DNA of 16,181 nucleotides from Pseudomonadota bacterium (GTDB taxonomy: Bacteria; UBA10199; 2-02-FULL-44-16; JBDRGF01): the NCBI GenBank assembly GCA_043818055.1, contig JBDRGF010000097.1, positions 1 to 16,181 of the forward strand, given 5' to 3'. Positions within the stretch are counted from its first letter, which is position 1, and every line of letters starts with the position of its first letter. Shown here in pieces: positions 7,964-15,130 of the stretch. The notes beneath the pieces were generated by a model. That model had not been told where the DNA came from, did not search any database, and was given only the letters and a program-made list of their open reading frames with translations. A program made the position numbers and the translations under genes.

Positions 7964-7998
7964 CTTAATCCTTAATTCTTACCACTTAATTCTGATTC
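7964..7998. repeat. Period-7 CTTAATY array between convergent genes
   Basis: cttaatc-cttaatt-cttacca-cttaatt-ctgattc. Confidence 0.7.
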
Positions 7999-8000
7999 TA

Positions 8001-8267
8001 TCACTTCACACACTTTTGCTTTGCTTCGTTCCAGTACAGGTTGGGCGGGCATTTTACTTCCAGTTGTAGCGCCTTTTGCTCTTTGGCGTTCGGGTTGTTC
8101 ACATCGAGATCGCGCTGGAATTCTGGATAGGGTTGCACCTCACTTGGTGTGATTGTGGCAGCCTGTTCCTCCTCGCGTTCATCATTCGACTGCATCGCCT
8201 GCAGTTGCAACACGGAAAAGAACGAAAAAATAAAAATGACCAGGATAGATAATACTAAACGTCTCAT
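8001..8267 (-). CDS. Small secreted hypothetical protein with a C-terminal two-Cys motif
   Basis: AAGGGGGG RBS. Signal-peptide-like MRRLVLSILVIFIFSFFSVLQLQA. C-terminus CPPNLYWNEAKQKCVK. Confidence 0.7.
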   Translation of the reverse strand: MRRLVLSILVIFIFSFFSVLQLQAMQSNDEREEEQAATITPSEVQPYPEFQRDLDVNNPNAKEQKALQLEVKCPPNLYWNEAKQKCVK

Positions 8268-8304
8268 ATTCCCCCCTTGTTAGCTGTCAGTAAAAAAAAC
8301 ATCT

Positions 8305-9444
8305 TCATTCTTCCAGTTTTAACAACACATATTTTTTAAAAAAATGATCTTTAAAATCATACAATATGTTTTTTCCGCTTTTTTGCTTTGAAATATAACC
8401 GTATTGAACCAGATCTGCCAATATTCGTGCGAGGTTTTCTTTTGTTGTTCCTAAAATTGAATATGGAGAGACTCCTTGAGCAACCAGAGAGAGGATATTC
8501 CTTGCGAATTTTTTATTTCCTATCTCTCCCCAAATTTCATCAAAAAAGGATAATTCATGTTCAATTATTTGTTCCTGAGCCAGAGTAATGCCATCATTCT
8601 CCACAATCTCTTTTTTGGATTTCAGGCAATTGATGTATATCATCTGACATAAAAGCTGGGTGTAATAAGGATGCCCCACGGTTATTTCCAGAATCTGATC
8701 AATCGAAGCGGTTGCTATTTTTATTCCAACGCTCTTAAACGATTTTAAAATATATGGAAAAAAATCGTCACTTAAAATATTGCTTATTTCAAAAAACCGA
8801 CCGAATCTGTAAAACGCGTGTTTTTTCGATTTAAATAAATCGGTCATCAAACTCTCCTGCGATCCCGCAAAGATGTAGACGATATTTTTATGCCTTTGAA
8901 ATTTTGAACGCATCTTTTTTAAAAGCGCATCGCCCCCGATTTTAGCAATCTCCTGAAATTCGTCGATAAACATGACCATGTTTTTTTTATGCCGTGAGCA
9001 GAATCTGTCCGCAAAATCCAAAGCGTCATCGATAAGTTTCTCTTCATCGGTGGAGGGCTTGCCGAGTTGCAGCATGACCTCTATATCTTCGTTGGATGGT
9101 TTGAATTTAAGCATGCTCAAAACGCTCAATGCTCCGCTTTTCAGACTTTTCCAATATTTTTCGATTCGAACAGGATTATTTTTCAAACACGATTCAATTA
9201 TTTTTTCGGCCAAATAGCGTTTGTCGGTCATGTCAAATATATCGATGCTGGAAATAAAATATCCCTCCCTTTTGAATCTCTCCAATATCTCCAGAGCAAT
9301 TGAGGTCTTTCCATATCTCCTGGGTGCGGCCAAAATGACGCTTTGCCCTATTGCTAAAATGTTTTCCAATTCATCAAGCAGTTCTCTCCTTCCTATGAGC
9401 ATTGAACCGCTGACCGGCTTTCCGGCAGGAAAGAGCTGTTTCAT
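8305..9444 (-). CDS. Standalone P-loop ATPase (archaeal-ATPase/STAND-like) with probable C-terminal winged helix
   Basis: N-terminal LIGRRELL, Walker A APRRYGKTS, Walker B MFIDEFQ, FAGS and GHPYYTQLL (GxP motif). AAGAGGA RBS. Confidence 0.85.
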   Translation of the reverse strand: MKQLFPAGKPVSGSMLIGRRELLDELENILAIGQSVILAAPRRYGKTSIALEILERFKREGYFISSIDIFDMTDKRYLAEKIIESCLKNNPVRIEKYWKSLKSGALSVLSMLKFKPSNEDIEVMLQLGKPSTDEEKLIDDALDFADRFCSRHKKNMVMFIDEFQEIAKIGGDALLKKMRSKFQRHKNIVYIFAGSQESLMTDLFKSKKHAFYRFGRFFEISNILSDDFFPYILKSFKSVGIKIATASIDQILEITVGHPYYTQLLCQMIYINCLKSKKEIVENDGITLAQEQIIEHELSFFDEIWGEIGNKKFARNILSLVAQGVSPYSILGTTKENLARILADLVQYGYISKQKSGKNILYDFKDHFFKKYVLLKLEE

Positions 9445-9467
9445 ATATCCTCTTGTCTTTGTTGATG

Positions 9468-9512
9468 ATTATAGTTAACAACTAGCATTGTTAACAAATA
9501 TTGTTAACAATG
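9468..9512 (-). promoter_or_regulatory. Triple GTTAAC operator-like palindromes overlapping a putative ATPase promoter
   Basis: GTTAAC at 9474, 9490 and 9503. Perfect inverted repeat cattgttaacaa-ata-ttgttaacaatg (9486-9512). Minus strand TTGTTA-N18-TATAAT ending at 9468. Confidence 0.7.
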
Positions 9513-9575
9513 TAAAGAAAAAAGGTGGGATCAGGACTTAAACACATGCACGTTGCTGTCGTCGATTTGAATAGT

Positions 9576-10991
9576 TTATAACTTTTTCTTAAATATCTCA
9601 TTAGCAAGATTTGGGTTGGCTTGTCCCTTTGTCTGTTTCATCATCTGGCCTACGAAATATCCTAAAAGAGCCTCTTTGCCGCTCTTGTACTGCTCGACCT
9701 GTTTTGGATTGTTTGCGATGATCTCATCCGCTATCTTTTCTAGCTCGTCTGAACTCGATATCTGTTTGAGACCCTTTGACTCGATGATCTTTTCAGGATT
9801 GTGGCCGGTCTTATACATCTCCCCAAAAATATCTTTGCCAATCTTTCCCGAGATCTTTCCCTCATCTATGATGCGGACTAAGCTTGAAATCTGCTCCGGC
9901 CTGATGAGGCATTTTTCGATCTCGGTGTCTGATTCCTTCAGCTCTCTTAGAAGTTCGGTCATGATCCAGTTGGAGATCTTCTTTGGCTCATTATATGCGG
10001 TGATAGCCTTTTCGTAATAGTCGGCCAGAGACTTTTGTGCTGTCAGCACGCCGGCGTCATACTCGGGAATGTCATACTGATCGTGAAAACGCTTTGCCTT
10101 CGCATCCGGTAGCTCCGGCAGATTGTCTTTGATCTTTTCAACCCATGCATCCTCGACGATGAGGGGGATGAGATCCGGCTCGGGAAAATATCTGTAGTCG
10201 TGTGCCTCCTCTTTGCCGCGCATCGGAGAGGTCTTGCCAGTTGTGTCGTTCCAGAGGAGGGTCTGTTGAATCACCTTTTTGCCTCTGTTTAGGACTTCTG
10301 TTTGTCTCCCGGTCTCGTATTTCAAAACCGATTCAACCGCCTTGAACGAGTTGAGATTTTTTGTCTCCGTGCGTGTTCCTAATTCTTTCTGAACCTTTGG
10401 CCTCAGCGAGATATTCGCATCGCAGCGGAAATTCCCCTCCTGCATGTTTCCTTCGCAGACCTCGAGATATTGAAGGATCGATCTCAAACTTTTGAGATAT
10501 TCTCCCGCCTCTTCGGGTGTACGAATATCCGGCCCCGAGATGATCTCGATAAGCGGTACGCTGCATCTGTTGTAGTCTATGAGACTTCCCCCACCGCCCT
10601 GTTGATCGTGGAGCGATTTCCCCGCGTCCTCTTCGATTTGAATTCTGGAAACTCTGATATTTCCAAGTTTACCATCCGTACAGATCGGCCTTTCAAACTG
10701 CGTTATCTGATATCCCTTCGTGAGGTCGGGATAGAAATAATTTTTTCTGGCGAACTGACTGGTGTTATGAATTTTGCATCCCAAGGCGAGCCCAGCCCTG
10801 ACGGCAAGCTCCACAGCGAACTTGTTGATAGTCGGTAACGCGCCGGGTTGCCCGGAGCAGACGGGACAGATGTTCGTGTTTGGTTCGTCGCCAAACGTGG
10901 TCGGACACGAGCAGAACATCTTGGAGCGCGTCCTCAACTGCGCATGGACTTCAAGCCCGATAACGATTTCATATTTAGAGCTATTCGTCAT
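9576..10991 (-). CDS. gatB: Asp-tRNA(Asn)/Glu-tRNA(Gln) amidotransferase subunit B
   Basis: IGLEVHAQL, FARKNYFYPD, EEDAGKS, RCDANIS, DYRYFPEPDL and a Yqey-like tail. Start at 10991 preferred; alternative ATG at 11015 lies inside a repeat. Confidence 0.97.
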   Translation of the reverse strand: MTNSSKYEIVIGLEVHAQLRTRSKMFCSCPTTFGDEPNTNICPVCSGQPGALPTINKFAVELAVRAGLALGCKIHNTSQFARKNYFYPDLTKGYQITQFERPICTDGKLGNIRVSRIQIEEDAGKSLHDQQGGGGSLIDYNRCSVPLIEIISGPDIRTPEEAGEYLKSLRSILQYLEVCEGNMQEGNFRCDANISLRPKVQKELGTRTETKNLNSFKAVESVLKYETGRQTEVLNRGKKVIQQTLLWNDTTGKTSPMRGKEEAHDYRYFPEPDLIPLIVEDAWVEKIKDNLPELPDAKAKRFHDQYDIPEYDAGVLTAQKSLADYYEKAITAYNEPKKISNWIMTELLRELKESDTEIEKCLIRPEQISSLVRIIDEGKISGKIGKDIFGEMYKTGHNPEKIIESKGLKQISSSDELEKIADEIIANNPKQVEQYKSGKEALLGYFVGQMMKQTKGQANPNLANEIFKKKL

Positions 10992-11009
10992 AGTACATTT
11001 TTTTCCCTT

Positions 11010-11086
11010 TGTCATTCCGGCCTCCGAGCCGGAATCCAGGTAATGATCGTATTTAGCCTGGATCCCGGGTCAAGCCCGGGATGACA
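11010..11086. repeat. REP/RPE-like multi-hairpin palindromic element (GTCATTCCGG...GGAATCCAG / CTGGATCCCG...CGGGATGAC type)
   Basis: Terminal TGTCAT/ATGACA. Hairpins attccggc/gccggaat and atcccggg/cccgggat. Inner pair atccagg/cctggat. Confidence 0.85.
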
Positions 11087-12545
11087 GAACCGGTTTTTCC
11101 TCATGCCACTTAGTTTCCCTCTCATAACAATTAGCAGCGTTTAATATCGTCGTTTCGTCAAACGGTTTTCCAATCAATTGCATGCCGATGGGAAGTCCCA
11201 TCTCTGAAAATCCACAGGGGATCGATATGCCGGGAAGCCCCGCCAAATTGACGGCCCCTGTGAATATATCGTTGAGATACATCGTCACCGGATCGTTGAG
11301 TTTCTTTCCCAGCTTAAAAGCGGGGGTAGGGGTTGTCGGTGTTAAAATCAGATCGCATTGCTCGAACGCCTTTGTGAAATCACGGCTGATCAATGTCCTC
11401 ACCCTCTGTGCCTTTCCATAATATGCCTCATAGTAGCCGGCCGAGAGGACGAATGTTCCCAGGATAATTCTGAGTGAGACCTCTGGGCCAAAACCCTTCT
11501 TTCTTGTCTCGCTGTAGAGCTCCTCCAATTTATCGTTCTTCACCCTCAACCCATAGCGGATTCCGTCGAACCTCGCCAGATTAGACGATGCCTCGGCGGG
11601 GGCTATTATATAATATGTTGGAATGGCGTACTCAGTATGCGGCAAAGATATTTTGACTATCTTCGCGCCGAGCGATACGTATTTGTCGATCGCCTGCTCG
11701 ATTGCCGATTTGACTTCATCATCCAAACCTTCGACGAAGTATTCCTTCGGGATTCCGATTTTTAATTTATCAACGCCATCGTTTATTTTTAAGAGGTAAT
11801 CGGGAACGGGAAGATCGCTGCTGGTGTTATCCTTGGGGTCATGTCCCGAGATCGCGCCGAGCAGGATCGCAACATCTGAGACCCTCTTGCCAAACGGGCC
11901 GATCTGATCGAGCGAGCTTGCGAAGGCTACCAACCCATAGCGCGATACCCTGCCGTAAGTCGGTTTCATGCCGACCACACCTGAATATGCCGCAGGCTGT
12001 CTGATTGAACCGCCGGTATCTGAGCCAAGAGTTCCTGTCGCGAGAGAGGCTGCGATTGCAGCAGCGGCTCCACCGCTCGAACCGCCGGGGGTATAATCGG
12101 TGTTCCACGGATTTCTCACGATCTTGTAAGCCGAATGTTCGCTCGACGATCCCATCGCGAATTCATCCATGTTAAGTTTTCCCAGCATCACAGCGCCGCT
12201 CTTTTCCAACTTCTCAGTCACAGTGGCATTGTATGGTGGAATATAACCTTCAAGAATTTTTGATGCGCACGTTGTTTCGATCCCCTTTGTTATGATGTTG
12301 TCCTTGAGCGCTATCGGTATGCCATCCAGCTTTGACAATCTTTTTCCGACCTTGATCCTCTTGTCCGAATCGGCGGCATCTTCAAGGGCTTTCTCCTTCG
12401 TCACTTTCAGAAATGCGCCGAGCACTCCATCGTACTCGTCAATTCTTCTGATGTATTCATTGACGAGCGCAGTCGAAGTGACACTCCCATCTTCGAGTTT
12501 TTTACTTAGCGATTCAATTGTATGATTAGTGAGATCTGGCATCAT
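11070..12545 (-). CDS. gatA: Asp-tRNA(Asn)/Glu-tRNA(Gln) amidotransferase subunit A
   Basis: Amidase signature (KDNI, GKLNMDEFAMGSS, PGGSSGG, GSDTGGSIRQPA) and SSNLARFDGIRYG. Start at 12545 or 12542. Confidence 0.97.
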   Translation of the reverse strand: MMPDLTNHTIESLSKKLEDGSVTSTALVNEYIRRIDEYDGVLGAFLKVTKEKALEDAADSDKRIKVGKRLSKLDGIPIALKDNIITKGIETTCASKILEGYIPPYNATVTEKLEKSGAVMLGKLNMDEFAMGSSSEHSAYKIVRNPWNTDYTPGGSSGGAAAAIAASLATGTLGSDTGGSIRQPAAYSGVVGMKPTYGRVSRYGLVAFASSLDQIGPFGKRVSDVAILLGAISGHDPKDNTSSDLPVPDYLLKINDGVDKLKIGIPKEYFVEGLDDEVKSAIEQAIDKYVSLGAKIVKISLPHTEYAIPTYYIIAPAEASSNLARFDGIRYGLRVKNDKLEELYSETRKKGFGPEVSLRIILGTFVLSAGYYEAYYGKAQRVRTLISRDFTKAFEQCDLILTPTTPTPAFKLGKKLNDPVTMYLNDIFTGAVNLAGLPGISIPCGFSEMGLPIGMQLIGKPFDETTILNAANCYERETKWHEEKPVLSSRA

Positions 12546-12856
12546 TCCTCTTCTATGACCTGTGGAACCTTGAAGTATGAACCACGTATGTCGGGAGCGA
12601 TATTTAAAATTGCGTCTCTATCTTTAAATTTGATGGCGACGTCGTCACGAAGTGGAGTCTTCTCCAATGTGAATGCCCCCTTCATCGGCTCCACTTTGCT
12701 AGTGTCGAGTTTATTCAGTTGATCGATATAATCGAGAACATTTCCGGCCTTGTTCGTGAGCTCCTCTATTTTATCCTGATCGATATGGAGGAAGGCGAGC
12801 TTTGAAGCCTTTTCAACTATCTCTCTGGTATCACTCTGATCTCGCTTTGATTTCAT
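12542..12856 (-). CDS. gatC: Asp-tRNA(Asn)/Glu-tRNA(Gln) amidotransferase subunit C
   Basis: VLDYIDQLNKLDTSKVEPM, LRDD and AP...YFKVPQVIE. Directly upstream of gatA with stop/start overlap. Confidence 0.93.
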   Translation of the reverse strand: MKSKRDQSDTREIVEKASKLAFLHIDQDKIEELTNKAGNVLDYIDQLNKLDTSKVEPMKGAFTLEKTPLRDDVAIKFKDRDAILNIAPDIRGSYFKVPQVIEEE

Positions 12857-13176
12857 CACTTTTTTCCCTTGTTGTGGGTGCGAAAGACTCCGAATATCGA
12901 TTCCAAAAAATCTTTCTCCTCACCGAATAATTCTTTTAAAGTTGTTACCGGCAGAAAGACGCCATTGCACATCGGACATTGGAGAATCGTCTTTTTCCTG
13001 AAGGTCGTCTCCTCCATCACGTAGCCACATTCGGCGCAGTGTTTTTCGTGCAGATCCTTGAGCTGTCTGGCCAGCATCCTCTCTTCCTTAAGCTTTTTTT
13101 CGGTGCTCAGCGCCTTCTTCTTTTTAAGCTCAAGGTTTCTGAAATAAGCCGCCTCAGGACCATTTTTTTTTCTCAT
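12856..13176 (-). CDS. Zinc-ribbon (zf-TFIIB-like) protein with N-terminal charged helix
   Basis: From ATG 13176: MRKKNGPEAAYFRNLE...LHEKHCAECG...LQCPMCNGVFL, with two CxxC motifs. Its TGA overlaps the gatC ATG (TGATG). Confidence 0.78.
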   Translation of the reverse strand: MRKKNGPEAAYFRNLELKKKKALSTEKKLKEERMLARQLKDLHEKHCAECGYVMEETTFRKKTILQCPMCNGVFLPVTTLKELFGEEKDFLESIFGVFRTHNKGKK

Positions 13177-13179
13177 GTT

Positions 13180-13194
13180 CCCCCCCCCCCCCCC
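13180..13194 (-). repeat. G15 homopolymer (C15 on the + strand) at the RBS position
   Basis: 15 consecutive C at 13180-13194, separated from the ATG at 13176 by 3 nt. Confidence 0.9.
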
Positions 13195-13266
13195 AACGGA
13201 TTTCTCATAAGAGGCCCAAGAAATCCAGGGAATTTTAAAAACTTCCCCATCCGGTAAAAAGTGCTC

Positions 13267-13316
13267 ACCCCCATCCGGCCTTCGGCCACCTTCCCCAGTA
13301 AGACAGGGGGAAGGGT
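13267..13316. repeat. REP-like double-hairpin element (CCCCCATCCGGCCTTCGGCCACCTTCCCC...GGGGAAGG)
   Basis: GGCC-ttc-GGCC (13277-13287) and ccttcccc/ggggaagg (13289-13296 / 13307-13314), just downstream of the uvrC stop. Confidence 0.8.
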
Positions 13317-13330
13317 AGAGAGGAATGCTA

Positions 13331-14956
13331 CTATTTATATATTCCCTTCTGATGTTTTTTTCTGTGCGCTTTGATTCCGAAGCGGTGGGTTTCATCCCTG
13401 ACCCTCATCATAAATAAGAGCTCCTTCGTCCCCCTTTTTAATGTGACGGGGTTTTTGCGATTGGGCAGATATACTTCATCCTGTCGGCCATCTTTGCCCT
13501 TAGCGATAGCCGCTATGGGTAAATCAAGACCTAGAGTGTCAAAAACCCTTTTTGCTATATTTAACTGGCCCTTGCCGCCATCCAATAAAAGTAGATCGGG
13601 AGGTGAAAGTGTGTTTTTACCCTCATGAAACCTGCGGTTTAAGACCTCCTCCATCATGGCATAGTCGTTGGGTTCCATCACAGACCTGATGGAATAGAGG
13701 CGGTACTTCAGTTTATTGGGCTCGCCATATTCGAAGGAGATGAGCGAGCCATATGCATCCTTTCCCTGAATATTTGAGATGTCGAGACATTCGATCAGAT
13801 TGGGTACATTTGGGAGCTCAAGTTTCTTTTGCAATCTTTTGCCGAGTTCGTCGTAAGCGATGACATCCTTTATCTTTCGATCATAATATTCCCGGGCATT
13901 TTTGATGGCGAGCTCCACTAGCTCCTTTTTATATCCGATCTTTGGTTGTGATATCGAGACGCTGTGATGCGCATTGTCGGAGAGGATGGCCTTCAAAGCT
14001 TTAGCCCTATCCGGCGCATGTGATGTATGGATGTGAGGAGGGATCGTTCCTCCAAAATAGAACTGAATGATGAAGCTCGTCATCACCTCAGATATTTTAT
14101 CGCTGATCTCCATGATCAGATATTCCTTTTTACCTGTGAGAAGCCCCGCTTGCACAGTCAAAACAACGAAGACCAGTTTTTTTTCAGCCTCATAGATACC
14201 GATGTAGTCGGCATCTCCAAGCCCGTGACCCACCACCTTTTGTTTTTCGAGCGCCTCGTCCATCCTTGAGAGTGCATCGCGAAATCTGGCCGCCGCTTCG
14301 AAGTCTTGAGCGTCCGACGCGCGCTTCATCTCGATTTTAAGGCGCCTTTGAATATCCTTTTTGGCCCCTTTGAGAATCGCGATCGCATCGGTGAGCTGCT
14401 TTTTATAATCATCCTTCGAGATGAGATTCACGCAGGGGGCCGTGCACCTTCCGAGGTCGTATTCGAGGCATGGCCTCATCCGGTTCGCGAAGACGTTGTC
14501 CGAGCAGCTTCTGATCTTGCAGCAGATGATCACCTGTTCATACATCTCACGACACGAGGCGCTCGACGCAAATGGCCCGAAATACTGAGCCCCATCCTTC
14601 ACGACCCTTCTGGTCATGCGAATGCCGGGGGAGGGATGCTCCATGCCGATGCGAATCGACGGATATGATTTGTCATCCCTCAAAAAGATATTGTAGCGCG
14701 GGCGATATTTTTTGATGAGCGTGTTTTCAAGGAGGAGCGCCTCTTTCTCGTTGTCGGTGATGATGTATTCGACATCAATAGCCCTCTTGACCAGAAACTC
14801 GACCTGAGCCCTTTCATCGTGCTTCATGAAATACTGTCTGACCCTCGACCTTAGATTCTTGGCCTTCCCCACATATATGACATCCCCCTTCTTATCTTTG
14901 AAGAGATAGACGCCGGATTTTGTCGGAAAGCTTTTTATTTTTTCGATGAGCTCCAC
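13331..14956 (-). CDS. uvrC: Excinuclease ABC subunit C, lacking the C-terminal HhH domain
   Basis: GIY-YIG domain (GVYLF...YVGKAKNLRSRV), PRYNI, four-Cys region, UVR domain (FEAAARFRD) and RNase H-like domain (ECLDISN, LDGGKGQL, RDETHRFG). GTG start at 14956 is inferred. Confidence 0.95.
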   Translation of the reverse strand: MELIEKIKSFPTKSGVYLFKDKKGDVIYVGKAKNLRSRVRQYFMKHDERAQVEFLVKRAIDVEYIITDNEKEALLLENTLIKKYRPRYNIFLRDDKSYPSIRIGMEHPSPGIRMTRRVVKDGAQYFGPFASSASCREMYEQVIICCKIRSCSDNVFANRMRPCLEYDLGRCTAPCVNLISKDDYKKQLTDAIAILKGAKKDIQRRLKIEMKRASDAQDFEAAARFRDALSRMDEALEKQKVVGHGLGDADYIGIYEAEKKLVFVVLTVQAGLLTGKKEYLIMEISDKISEVMTSFIIQFYFGGTIPPHIHTSHAPDRAKALKAILSDNAHHSVSISQPKIGYKKELVELAIKNAREYYDRKIKDVIAYDELGKRLQKKLELPNVPNLIECLDISNIQGKDAYGSLISFEYGEPNKLKYRLYSIRSVMEPNDYAMMEEVLNRRFHEGKNTLSPPDLLLLDGGKGQLNIAKRVFDTLGLDLPIAAIAKGKDGRQDEVYLPNRKNPVTLKRGTKELLFMMRVRDETHRFGIKAHRKKHQKGIYK

Positions 14957-15130
14957 AGCTAATAAACTACACCAGCTTTTGTCCGCTATCAAGTAAAGGT
15001 TATGCAAGAGGTATGTGGACAGGGAAAAATCATATTGAATGTGAGATAGAGTGCAAAAATATATCCAATTATCGCGCAACTTTTTTTGGGATATGTCGAT
15101 AATAGGTGCAAAGAAGAAAGAGGGGTTAAA

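Noticed and set aside
11010..11086. tRNA gene suggested by the 77-nt multi-stem structure
   Set aside because: No T-loop GTTCRA, D-loop consensus or 7-nt anticodon loop, and it overlaps the gatA coding end.
13177..13395. N-terminal extension of the 179-aa ORF 12856..13395
   Set aside because: It reads through the uvrC end, the REP-like element and the G tract (poly-Gly). The family-like sequence begins at ATG 13176.
3105..14668. Numerous short alternate-frame or antisense ORFs within the rluA-like gene, priA, def, fmt, rpe, the ATPase, gatAB and uvrC
   Set aside because: They largely or fully overlap well-supported genes and show no recognisable motifs.
14957..15079. N-terminal extension of uvrC from the ORF track
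   Set aside because: UvrC similarity starts near ELIEKIKSFP, and the extension lies in the divergent promoter region.
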